From the NCBI GenBank assembly GCA_000708835.1, contig DF237254.1:1-64000 (forward strand): a stretch of 64,000 nt of DNA, in the 5' to 3' direction. This stretch comes from Klebsormidium nitens. Lineage: Eukaryota; Plantae; Klebsormidiophyceae. Both the position numbers and the translations under genes were made by a program. Each line of letters starts with the position of its first letter. Within the stretch, counting starts at the first letter, position 1. Below, in pieces: positions 24,152 through 36,922 of this stretch. Below the pieces are notes generated by a model. That model worked only from the letters and a program-made list of their open reading frames with translations, was not told where the DNA came from and did not search any database.

Positions 24152-27100
24152 ATGGTGACTTGCAGCAACTGCGGCAGGACCGGTCACAACAAGAGAAGCT
24201 GCCCCGAGCTGAAAGTCGTCAAGGGAAAGGCCGCAACCCCGGTCCCTCCACCAGTGGAGACCAGTTCGGAGCCTCCAAGCGCTGCAGAGACCCCGACAGC
24301 TGGAGCGCCCGATGAGAGCTTAACGCAAATGGACATCCAGGTTAGTCTCTGTGTTTTCTACTGGGCTGCTGGAGGTTCCGGGATGCGTTAGCATGACGGC
24401 AGGTTGCTTTTATGTGGGTTTGTCTGAGGGTCACTGAACCTTGTCTCTACTTTCTTGTTGGTGCCCTACTGGGTCCACACTGCATCAAACAGTCTGCTTT
24501 CGATGTATTTGTCTTCTCTGTTGAGCAGATAGTACTACTCCGAAGGGTCATGTTGATAGCTGCCTGAGTAGCCTTCCACTGATGTACGGGACTTGAGTTT
24601 CACACAGCAAGTCCATTCACAAGTGCATAAGTGCAGCTTTGCTTGCCATTTCGAGGCCAGATTGTTTGTATTCTGGAAAACTCTGTTCGTTCAATTGCCA
24701 CGCATATGACCCACCAAGCAGACCTAACAGCGATACCAATGATCTCTTTTCCTGCAGACAAGTGACACAGCTGAAGCCCCAGTTCCAGAAGCTGCGGCAG
24801 CAGTTGAAGAGCCTGCGCCCGTACACGAGGAAGCGCCTGCCGTTGACGTCGCACCAGTGGATGCGAGCGACGATCCTCAGCCGGAAGTTGACGATCCGGT
24901 AGCAGATGAGGGGGTCGCAGACGAAGAGGTCGTAGACGCAACTGCGTCGCTCGCTGAGGTTGCAGCTCTTGCTGCCGAGTCTTTAGTAGCACAACCGGTG
25001 GAGGCGGAGACGGTGGCCAACGGAGACCACGAGAACGGGGACGTTGTCGCTGGAGACGTTGTTGTTGGGGACGCGGCGGAAGCTCCCGCTGTCGAGGACA
25101 GCGAGCCGAAGGCTGAGCTGGCGCCAGGCACGCCAGATGAAGCGATTGGAGAGCCGGTTGTCGAAGCTGGAGAGAAGGACGAAGCTGAGCAGAAGGCAGA
25201 AGAAGCTGGGGAGAAGGCGGAAGAAGCGACGGCAGAGGGCGCGGACGGTGCCGAGGCCGCAGGCGGGAAGGCGGTGCCTTCTCTGGCTGCTGCGATCGAG
25301 GCCGCGAAGGCGGGGACGGGGGCTAAGGCTGAGGGAGAGGAGCAAGAGCAGGCGGGGGGTGAGCAGAAGGGCCCGGAGCTGCCCCCGCCGGAGTACGAAA
25401 CGTTCGAGATCCCGGAGCACTGGCACCAGAAGCCGTGCGTGCGAGTGACGGGAATGGGCGGGAAAGTGACGGAAGAGGTAGGTGCCATTTGGCATCATTT
25501 GGCGCAGCTGGCGATCGCAGAGTGTCGTTCATTCAGCAAAAAGGTCTCCTCGAGTGGCATTTAGGGAAGCTTGCGACGAACTGAAACCACTTTACTTGCG
25601 GCCATTGTGTTGTTTTGGGCTTTTCATTCTACTAATAGTCCCCTAGTCAAGTTTGAAGAATAGGGGGCGTTTCACGGAGGCGTTTTTGGCACCTGATGAG
25701 GTTTTGTCTTGGCAGGGGCTGCCCCTACAATTGTCAACTGTCTTCAATGATACTATCGTGGCTATTTCGAGTGGCCTGTTATCGCCAGTGCTCCGAAGCA
25801 ATTTTGCATTCCTTTCAGCACAGTCTTCCTTGAAGTGGTTTCCTATGCGCAATCTGACAGCCTCCCTGGGCTAGATGAGTCAGCCCCTAACACAGCACCA
25901 TTGTCCAACAGGAACTCCGCGAAGCGCTGTCTGCGCACGTTTCAGTAAAGACCATCTCGTTCGAAGACGAGGACAAGAAGGTCGCGAACGTGTGGCTGGA
26001 CGTGCTGACCAAGAGCGAGGAAGAAGAGACAGCCGCGGTGACAAAGCTCAAGGACGCAGTAGGGGAGCTGGAAATCAACGAGCAGAAGCTGAAGCTAGAG
26101 GGCTACCGGCCGGACACGCTGCTCTTCGTGGGCAACACTCCGCAGGCGATGGGCGACGAGGAACTGAGGGAGTTCTTCAAGGGCCACGGAGAGATCCAGC
26201 GCGCATTCGTGAGCATCCCTCCTGTCGCAAAGGCTTTGCTTTCGCAGATGGCTTTATTCTCCATTTTAGATTATAAGATCTGCCTTCTGTCTTTCCTGGC
26301 TCGTATGCAGCCTCTCGTCTTGGTTGATCAACCGTGCAAAGAAGCAGCTAGGTCAGCCAAGGCTTCTTGAAGTCCCTTCTTAAGTGCCTTTGCTGATTCC
26401 CATTTGCTGCCGTGAAAGCAGCCACGTCATGTTACTTTACGCCTTCCAATCCCGAGGTATATGGAATTCTTCTTTATCAACGGCTTTTCCATATTAGCAC
26501 TTCCACAGTTGCCGGTTTGTGCCTGCTAAATTTGAAAAATTTCAGCCCGCACCACTTCAATCATTCGGCCGACGTTTGTTGCTCAGAAACTCAGCATCGG
26601 AGGCGAAGGAAAGCTTTGCACGGACTTGTGTTACGGGACCACGATTGGATGACGATTGCGCTCTCGGGCAGGTTCCGCAGGATGCGTGAAGGCAGGAACA
26701 AGGGCTACGGATCAGAAAACACCTCTGTACGGTTGGTACTAAACTCGACGTCGTTTGTTGTTGCCCAGATTGACCATGCGTGCGGCCTGTGTGCAGATTG
26801 TGAAAAACGCGGAGGGCAAGAGCAAGGGCTACGGTTTCGTGGAGTTCACTCACAAGGACGAGGCGCAAAAGGCGAAGCTGGTGGGCGGGAAGACGCCGTC
26901 TGACGGGGGCAAGTTCATCCGGGTGGAGCCGGGCGATGCGTACCAGATCAACGAGATGTTTTCGCTGTCGCTGTTTGTGGACCACCTCCCAAGGGACTTG
27001 CCGAATGTGAGCGATGCACATCGGGCTTTTATTGTGCAGGATTCATGAGATAGTGAGTTGCGTTTCAAATCTGCTTGTGATTTAGCATCTGAGGAGCGTT

Positions 27101-30100
27101 GCTGGCGAACGACCCATGCAAAGAAGATGTTCTCGGTCGCTTTCCATGGACCCGTTGCCTTTGGACTGGGCATGCAAATGGGAACCAATGTGACCTTGTG
27201 AAGAAAGGAACACTCGTGCACACTCGTGCGCATCCTCTGCGATTGCCCTTCGTTTCCAGAAGTCGACTCGGTGACGTTTCGATGTCTCCCCCTGCAGATT
27301 CGCGACGCTTTGTGGAAGACATTCGAGTCGCATGGCGGTCCTGTAAGGGACGTATACGTGTTGACGGACTTCCACACGGGCAACCTCAAGGGTTACGCCT
27401 TCGTGCACTTCCGACATTCCCTCCACGCCGATCAAGGCAAGTTCTGGTTCTTTCAAGGGTAGTACGTTCTTCCGTTGTATTCCACAGGGAAAGACACCCT
27501 TTCTGACCCGTTTCTTGCTTTCGACTGTCTCATTCGCCAGTTGTGCCATGGTCTCTGGCTGTCGAGAAGGAGTTAGTTGGCTCAATTGCCTTGTTTGTAC
27601 CTTGCCTTGGCCTTTTGTGACCAGGTCATCAGATTGGATCTGGAGACTGCTTGTGACATCTTGCCAGAACATCACTATGTTTTGTGAGAACCAACTCAAC
27701 CCGAAGCAGCGTATCAATGCCATCATTTCTGCGCCTATCACAATCTGAAATGTTGCGTGGTTGTCACTCCAGCTTGGCGTCAGCTTGATGGGCACACTTT
27801 GAACGGAAGCAGTCTTCGGGTCGGGTTTGCAAACCCAACCAAGGCAGCAGCAGTAAGTTAAAGATCCTTGCTTGTTTCGAGTTACGTATGTGCCAATCAT
27901 GCCAGCCTGTTCGCTGACATCGCTCCAGTGCTCAGCAGTGAGTTAAAGATCCTTGCTTGTTTCGAGTTGGGTATGTGCCAATGATGCCATCCCGTTCGCT
28001 GACATCGCTCCAGTGCTCTCAAAATCTAAGATGCCCTCTTAGGGCAACAAGGCAATTGAAGGGTCTCAAGGTTGGAATCATAGGCTCCCTCCCTATCATC
28101 CTTCTGTTCTTCAGAAACGTTGTTGTTTTATTGACATTGCCGATTTCTTTGTAACCTTACTCGATATCATGTCACCAGCATGTGTCTTTCACACCCCGTC
28201 TAACCGATGAGTCTACCCTTAACTTCTCCTGCTGCCCTGCTGAAAGACTTGTTCTCTGGTCGCAGGAGAAGGCGAAGCGGCAAGCATTCAGGGGGCCTGG
28301 TCCCAATAGGTCGCCGGCGGGGGGCTTCGACCGACCTCGGTATGACGACAGAAGGGACGGGGGTCGGGCTCCGTTCCGGCCCGGGGGGCGCTTCGACGAT
28401 CGGGGACCCCAGCAGAGAGGCCCTCAGGTATGAAAATTGTAACGAGTAGATGCACGCGGAGCCTGTAAACGGGTCATTCTTCTCCTGGGTTCTGATCGCC
28501 TGCTTCTTTGGCGCTTGCGGAATCGCGTTCAGGCGGTTTATACCTGTTGTTGACGGCAACCATAGGGTCAGAAGCTGCATTGCATCGAGTTTTCTGCTGC
28601 TTATGTTAATGTACAGCGGAACTTTGTAGATTCTGACGCGGAGGCTAAGAAGACCCGAGTGGGCGTCCGTATCCCAAGCCGTGTTCTTTTAACAAGAACA
28701 CACGCTTCATCTTACGCTTTCAAAATCATCCTCGTGAACGCAACATCACTGTTTCTGCAGTTTGATCGCCGCCCCGTCATCAGCCCCCGCGACGGCCCCC
28801 GCGGCGGCCGCACCGGTTTCTCCTCTCCTCCCCCCATCCCCTACAACCAGCGCGGCCCCCCCCAGCAGGGTTTCAACCGCAACGGTCCTCGTCCCTTTAG
28901 CTCCCCCCCCCAGCAGAACATTCGCGGCACTTTCGGCTCCCCCCCGGGGCAATACCGCCCCCCCCAACAGCAGGGCCCGCCTTTCCAGGGGGGAGGGTTC
29001 GGCAACTTCCAGCAGAGGCCTTTCCAGGGACCAGTCAGAGACGCGGCCCCCGGCCCGGTGCGCTTTGCTGGGGGGGCTGCGGCAAGGCCCGGATTTGCCC
29101 CCCAGGCGCGGCCAGGATTTGGCGCGCCACAGGTTGCGCCGGTTGGGCAGGTTGCGGGAGGTGCGAGGCCTGCGTTCGGTGGTGCGCAGGGACCAAGGGG
29201 GGCTGGGCCGCAGCGGCAGGGTGAGTGGCTGGGAAGAAACATTTTATGGTCTGGATGTCAGTGATTTTCGGATGTTGAGGCTTCTTGTCTAACGGTTTCA
29301 ATCCATGTACTCCTGGCCAACCTGGTGATGGTGCGGTGTCCATTCCCTGTCCCTAAGACAGAATGGTTCCGCTCTTGTTGCACACATTTGATGGCCCCTT
29401 TCTTGGAGCTGCTGGCTGCTCTTTTCGAATGGCGCCTTTTCGTCTCGAAGCCACGACCTTACAGAGTTAGGCTCTTCGCCAGCTCCTTGACAGCATTCAC
29501 TTAACTCCCTATCAACTCCCTATCCTTTGCAGCACCTATGTCCGGCATGCCTGCGCGTGCCGCTGGACCTCAGGGGGCTCCTGCCGGGGGTGCCTTCCAG
29601 GTAAGTAAGCAATGATGTCTTGGAGGTAGGGTTGCCGCTTGACAGAGACAGGCTAAATAGAGGCTAAATCGAATCCGCAATCAATTGTCACCAAGTTAGA
29701 TGCGTTTCTCTCAGAAGTCGACTTCTCGGTTTGCGCTGCCACATCAGTGGACCAGGTTCTTGAGACGTTTATAATCTGGTCTCCATATCATACAAGAATG
29801 GTGCCTGTAAGCCTCGTGCCCCTTTCAAAGGGGTTCAAAAAGTATGTAACATTATGAGGTGGGTATTATTCCGGAGTTTTCATATAAGTGCATTTCTTCC
29901 GCCGCCCACCAGGTGGTGTGCGAATTAGAAACCTCTCACAGGATTTGCAGTCCACCTGACAAATTGAAGTCTTGTGCACAGGGTTCGGATATGGCTGGAG
30001 CGGGGCGCCAGGTGGCAGGCACAGAGGTGAGCCAACTGGAGCCGACTTTCGCAGCTTGCACATGTACTTTGTTGAACAGCTGGCTTGTTGCCTTCTTTTC

Positions 30101-33100
30101 TGCGTGCTGCCCTTTTGATGACCGTCGAACAGTAGGTTGCTGATTCACTCTCCGTCAGCAGCCCAGAAAGTCCTCACTCTTTGAAACTCCGCTGAAGGGA
30201 GCACCGATCACGTGGGCGTGCGTTGAAGTCGCTCTTCCTTTCTTTTCGCAGCTCTACCCTCAGCAGCCCACCTATGCTGCGGGCGGCTACCAACCCCCTG
30301 CGGCAGGGGGCTTCGCCGGACCCCAGCAAACTTACCCCCCGCAGCAGCAGCAACAACAAGCCGCTTACGGGGGTTACAACGGTCAGCAAACCCAAGCCCC
30401 GATCCAAGGGCAGCAGCAAGGGGGGGTTCAGCAAGGCGGTTACGGTCAGCAAGGAGGGGGTTATGGAACGGGGGGGTACGATCAGGCGGCGTATGCGCAG
30501 CAGGGGTATGGGATGCAGACTACCGAGCAGGCAGGCGTGACGGGGGGGCCGACGGCAGGGCAGCAGGGGTACGGCCAGGGGGGGATGCAGCAGTATGGGC
30601 AGCAGTACAATCAGCAGGTGGGTAGTCCTTCTCCTTTTTTAGTTCTCCTCAGGTTTCTTCATCCTCTCCTTTTCTTGTTCGTGCTCGTTATCTGCGGAGT
30701 TGGCTGGTCCATTCGTCTGCTTCTGTTGCTGGCAACACCGTTCTTGTCTCGCCGTTCTCGTGTTGCTCTCGCATCTCGTTTTGTTCGTCTTTGGATACCT
30801 TTGGGTCCGCTTCTGCACAGCCACAATGCAAAGCCCTCTTGCTTTTAGATTTATGACTCCGCCCATAATCGACCCGTCGTTCCATCTCTCTCTCGGATCT
30901 TAATTCTTCGCCCGTCTTTCGAATGCTCCCGTTCCCTCCAGGCAGAGCCCTTAGGCGAAGCTTCCTTGCTCTCTATCTCCCTGTTTCGCCTCGCTTCTTT
31001 TCGGGTTTAACGATGTTTTCTGACCATTTCCCGTCGCTCTTACAGGGCCAATACGCGGGTTACACCGCAGACCCATCCCAGCAGCAGCAGCAGCAGCCAG
31101 CCCCGCAGGCGACTGCGGCTGCGGTTACGGGGGCGCAGGCGGCAGCGGGAGGTCAGGCAGCGCAGTACGACTACTACAACCAGGCTGCGCAGGGACAGGA
31201 CTACTCCGCTTATTATGCTCAACAGGTGAGCCGTCCCTTTTTGATCATCATTCCTTTTGTGCCCGTTTTGTGAAGCATTTGTGCACCTTACTCTTTTTGC
31301 TCGAGGATACGGATGTTTATTTAGGGCGTGATGAGTGAAGCACGGCAGGACATTATTAATCTCAGGCTGCCCAGGGACAGGACTATTCGGCTTATTTTGC
31401 TCAACAGGCAAGCCCACCCTTCTCTTTTCCCTCCATCTGCACTATCTTGAAAGAGTGTGGAGATTTTGAGGTGCTTAGTGACCTAAGGAGGACAAAATGA
31501 ATACAACAACCAGGCTGCCCAGGGGCGGGACCACTCAGGTTTCTGTCCTCAACGGGCAAGCCGCCGTTTCGTTCATCTCTCCTTTCAAGCCTCTCCGACA
31601 CCGAATTTCGGCGCTTTGGGGCGATATAACGCCAATCAGGACAGTGCGGAAACCTCAGCCGGGCTGTCCAGTGGAGCTTAAACTGCATATATGCTCAGCA
31701 TGCGAGTCCTCTCTTTCTGCTCTTCTTCGGTTTTCATTTTACACTTCGGAAAGATGCTCGGAAGGTTCGAAGGTTGATTGCAAAAGGTCTATCGAGTTTT
31801 ACAAGGTCTGTGGCAAGGCTGTACAGCATCAGAACGGCTTGATATCGACAATGGGTAGGCAGGGCTTGCTCGTGTTGGTATGAACCGGTTCTTTCTGCAG
31901 ACTTTGTGATCTCGCGATGGAAAAGCCAGATTAGATATGGAGACAAGAGTAGGCAAAAGAATCTGAGAAGAACGATTCAGGAATGGGAACAAGGGACAAA
32001 ACGAGATATGTTGTAGCAAGGGGAAAATGGAGACAAGAAAAGCAGACTCTCAAGCAAGAAAACGAAATCTGATGTAGCAAGGGGAAAATGGAGACAAAAA
32101 AGGAGGAGTCTCATGCTGTAGCCTGACGTGCAGGGCGCTACTCAGGCCGTCGCTTCCACGGAGCAGCCCGCTGCAACCACCGCTGCCGCTGGCACTGCTG
32201 AGCAAGACAACGCCGCTGCATGGGCAGCGTACTACGCGCAGTACGGAAACGCGGCCCCAGACGGCCAGCAGGTGCGTGCAATCGGGATTTTTCGCGAATT
32301 AGAAACCGGTTTCTGTGGTTGAGATTCTTGGAATTTGAAAGTTTTAGGGTTGCTGATTGAGCGGCGTACTACGCACAGTATGGAAACGCAGCACCAGACG
32401 GCCAGCAGGTGCGTGCAAATAGGATCATTTGCTGGTTTTCAGATCGGGATCCTTTGCTCGCTTTTGTACTTTGTTAGTGACAGCTTTCACTCCTCCTTGT
32501 ATCGCATCTTTAGGTTACTCGGAAATTCTTGGCTTTTGTTCGGTCATGCAATGTTTCGCTGTAGTGTTTCAAAGGTGTCGCGCTTCTGAAAGTGATGTTG
32601 ACAATGCCTGGCTTCATATGGGCGGATTAGATGCTGCAGCATCAGCCCGACTATTCTCAGGTTGTCGGAGAGATCCAAGAGGACACGCTCAAAGTCGTTT
32701 GGATGAGACTGCTTGAGGGAGTCCATTGAGTCGCACTTGCCGAGAACTGAGCACGCTATGTGTTGCCGATCAAGTGGTCACACTCTGCGCTCTTTCGATT
32801 TAGAACGAGGCCTTCCCTTGAGCAGCCCTAAGAGACTCTGGGGGAACCAAAAGCACCTTGGTTCCTTCGAAGGCTTTGGCTTCATGAACCGTTTTTGACT
32901 TGAATAACGTCAGCACGTAGAGACCCTTATCAAGATGTGCTTTCTCCCCTGTGCAGCAGGCGGGAACCGAGGGATACACTCAAGCAGCAGCGACCGACGT
33001 GGCCTACAACCAGGCCCAGGGCTATGGCGCAGAGGGGTATCAGGTAAGCAGGGGGGTCTTTCGCCTTTCTTTTCGAGGGCCGGTTCTCTGAGCGAGGTAT

Positions 33101-33839
33101 GGACAGAGGTACGCAGCAGGCACAGCCAGTGTTCGGTTAAGTGAACTCGGTCTCAGACCAAGTCTAGAAACATACCCACTGCATCCCAACGCAGATTATT
33201 CACAAGGCGATTGATTTCTTGAATGCAAGCCAGGTCAATGTAAACCCATGGGTTCGCGAACGCCTAAGCCTTGCCGCCTAGATTTATGTTGTAACTGTCC
33301 TCTTGGACTAAAACTCTCAAGTGGTCAGCTCAAAAAGGGCAGCCAGTGTTGTCGTTTGCATGTCCAGCGTTCATTCCGCTCTGTCAGAGCCCTCGGCCTG
33401 AGGTAAATCTCCTATGGCAGGCACAGCCGGGCCAGCAGCAGGCGGCGTCAGCGCCTGTGGTGGGCGACAAGCGGGCGGCGGAGGCGGCACCGACCTATGT
33501 GCAACCGGTAAGGGCAGTGAGTCGATTTTGTAAGACCACACTTCTAATATGCGAATCGCACCTTCAGGGAGGAGAAAGCTGAAGTGCAAGCAAGTTTACT
33601 TAGATACCGGAACCGCTGACTACCGCCCACAAGGTGCCGACCACAACTGCCCCTCTGAAGGTGTAGAGGCGCTACTGCGCCTAAGGAGTTGTCAAGTGTT
33701 CTACGTGTGATTTAGATGCAAACCTACTTTCTTTGTGACTCGGCAACTTGCAAACGTGCAGGGAGGCATGGAGAGTTACTACCAGCAGGGTTTCGCTCAG
33801 CAGTATGGGGCAGATGCCGCCAAGCGCGCAAAGTTCTGA
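24152..33839 (+). CDS. RNA-binding protein: N-terminal CCHC zinc knuckle, acidic low-complexity linker, three RRM-type domains, RGG/PQG and QGY-rich prion-like tail
   Basis: 15 phase-compatible exons: 24152-24340, 24758-25477, 25912-26208, 26797-27006, 27298-27436 (GC donor), 27773-27852, 28266-28427, 28761-29220, 29533-29600, 30252-30617, 31046-31225, 32134-32271, 32957-33043, 33421-33507, 33762-33839. Motifs [34 protein letters not shown] and KGYAFVHF; ends AAKRAKF*. Confidence 0.88.
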
Positions 33840-36800
33840 GCACCGGGCGAGGCACTGCCACCGTCACAGCCGACAGGGGCCGAGCCGAGAACCCTTCAAC
33901 AGGTTGGTACGTGTGTGTATGACACAAGATACCCCGGTGTCGTGAAGGGGTGAAGTGGCTATGAGGGGAGACGAAAAGTGTCGGGATCTTTTGGAGCCTG
34001 AAGGCTGTAGGAAGTGATTTTTCAGATAAGGCGGCAGTTCGATTTGCGAGAAAGAGCGGCTTGGGATCGCTGAATTTGTGCTGAGCGCTCGGAAGGCGAG
34101 GGCCAACAGTTCGTGTTCAGAGGATTTTCTGGGCTCGGAATTATGCGCTGAGCGTTCGAAAGGAGAGATTCAGCACTTTAAGACGGGAGACTTTACCCAG
34201 ATTTTGGAGGGCATTTCGGCTATTGTAATCGAGTTCCGTGAGGCAGTTCATTTTACTTTGTTGGTATTTAGGTCCAGTCAGACTATTAGCAGAAGTTTTC
34301 GTTGGACTTTGCGCATCTTGGTCCGAATCCTTGTTGACGAAGTAGTTGAAGGAACACCTGAAGCTGATGGAAGCTGAAAAGTGGGAAAAGGTGATGAAGG
34401 AAATTAGGTAGTCAGTCGAACTTTTCAATGCACCTTCGAGGAAGTTAGCTTTAGGTCTATTCGTACGAAAGACTCGTTTTACGAGATCCTGTCTCGACGT
34501 TGATTGCAAGTGGGAACAGATTGACGAGTGTTTAAAAAGAGCTTCTGAAATCCCTGCTTGGCCTGAGTAGTGTGCATGAATCTGACGTCTATCGCTGCAA
34601 GAACGTCTTCGGCGCTAACGTGCATAAGGTTCCATTGAAAGAAGCGACCGGTATTGGTGAAATTGCCATTTGAAAGAAACTCAAACTCATTTTAAAGGTT
34701 TCGAATAGATTGATGGTGGATACATGATGCAAAAAGACCGTCATCGGCGTTTGGGAAGTTTCTGATGCGCGCTGAATACCGGAATCCAGCTGATTAAAGG
34801 CGGCGAAAAGCGCTTCCCCTTGAGGCTAAGAGCGACTTGATACGGGGGCTAGGACCCTTGCCTTACACAGACATATGTGACAGCTAAAGAATACTTTTCG
34901 TAATCGGACTCTTTTGGCTACTTGGCATTCTCTGGATTACCTCTGGTTTGCTCGTATGTACTTGGCTCTTTAGTGCCAACTTGAAGAGCAATCTACAAGA
35001 TTCAAGAGTTCGCGAATCTCCAGCTACAAGAAGATACGGAGTCCTCTCCAGAAGTGTGGCAAGTTTCTTGTTATCGGGTCATGGGCAACCTTAGGCATGG
35101 GCGTCAGCGAAGCTGCCTCTCCCGTCCCTCTCAAAGCAGGTGGCTGCCGCCGCAAGCGATTGGGCTAGCCTTCCAGGCGTCCTTGGCTCCCTTGCCACTC
35201 AAGGCCCTTCTTACAAACCCTATCGTGGCCCTTCCAACGGACTTGTTTGATGTAAGCGACATGCTTGCAAGTTTGTCTAGGTTGGGTGCAGACAGTGAGG
35301 AGATCATCATCTAAAAGGCGAAGCTTATCAATGTCAAAGACGCTTTTCGGGCGCACCTTTCACTTTTCAAGATCTGCTTGCGAGTGATTGCTTCATGGAC
35401 TTGTCTGCCTCTAGGCCCGGGGTTTTGCAGAACATCCTGGTCACGGCAAACTTATATATGTACTTAGAGGCCTTTTCCAAGCGGCAGAATGCATCGTGTA
35501 TAAAACAATGATACATAAGTTCATGCAGTATATGCTGCAAGCGATTCTTGCACGGCGATCATCGGCGCTTCATATGATTATGCCCTTTGTAAAGCAAAGG
35601 GCCAGTGTTACTGTACGTATTGTAACGCGTTCGCGAGTAGGATGTACTTTTGTGAGATCGTTGCCATACATGGTGCTTTGTCATTACTACGACACTTTGA
35701 CATGTACGATCAGAGGGGCAATTGACAAACATGACTTTACACCGTTCCTGGACAGGGTGGCTACGGATTGTAAGCAGGTTAGACGTCACTTTCATGAAGT
35801 CGATCAGTACGCGTAAGCTAATCAGTATCATGTTGGAGGATACGTCACTCGCACACATGCTCGAGATATCTGTGCATGCTACCATCACATACGCATGCAA
35901 GTGCGCGGGCACTTACGACCTCAGATTGCCAAGTCGTAAGTGAAATGCATCTCATTTCTTCAGAAAAAGAGTCCCATGGCAGCTGCAGTCAATTGTAAAG
36001 AAGCATGCACATGATCGAACTGCATGTGATCAGATTCTGCTCAATGATGTCGGATGCGCTGGCCGGCCATGGTTTCAGTGTTCGCTACTCAGAGTATTGC
36101 CTAAGCCTGTGTGCATGGCCGGATTATTGTCACTAAGTGACGCAAGCAAGAGCAAGGCTAGCAAACGGCCCCCCCTCGGGCCGCGCGCGTGGTATTTTAA
36201 GCTAGGAAACTATACTTGATCATACGCTTGTAATCAAAGAGGCGTAGGCCGGATGCGAGGCCGGAGACTCCAGGGCAATCTACTTGAGGATGCATGACGG
36301 AAGCCCAAGAAGACCAGACGTTCAATCTGGTTCGGCCCTTCAAACAGACTTGCCATGGCATGCAGATGCCATGAACTGCAAGTGTGCATGTCCGGAGCCA
36401 TTGTTTCGGACGCCCGCTAGGTTAAGTATACTCTTTTTCGCAGAATGCTGAAGCCATACGTCCAGATTAAAGCGCGCACATATGCTGTGACTAGGCCAAG
36501 CTGCCGCGGCATAGATGGACAATTGAAGGATCACACGTACACCGTGAATATAAGCCTAACCTCGGAAATGTGCAACCGTAGGGGCGCGCAGCCCCCATCT
36601 CAAGAATCAGCATCAATTGAGGGCGCGCGTATTCAGCTTTTCTTGCATAACCTCAAACCTTGGATTGAACTGGGCGGCGACTCCTCAGGAGAAGCTGCCA
36701 GCGGTTTCGCCGCCCTCGCAAACATTCAATTCGACATTCTGAATCTTACAGATCGGGAGCACTCGCTAGTTCTTCTGTTTCCGGCTTATATCGCGCTGCC

Positions 36801-36922
36801 TAATCCCTTGCGGTCTGGTTGGAAAACGTCGGTCGAGCAAATCCAGGGCCGCGCATAAATCTCTAGGGGACCCTGAAAGTGCAGCAATGTAGAAGACTAC
36901 TTCTGAAAGTCCGGTCGGAAGC

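Noticed and set aside
36445-36858. 137-aa plus-strand ORF
   Set aside because: It lies antisense just past the CFAP47 stop, has no recognisable motif and no supporting exon structure.
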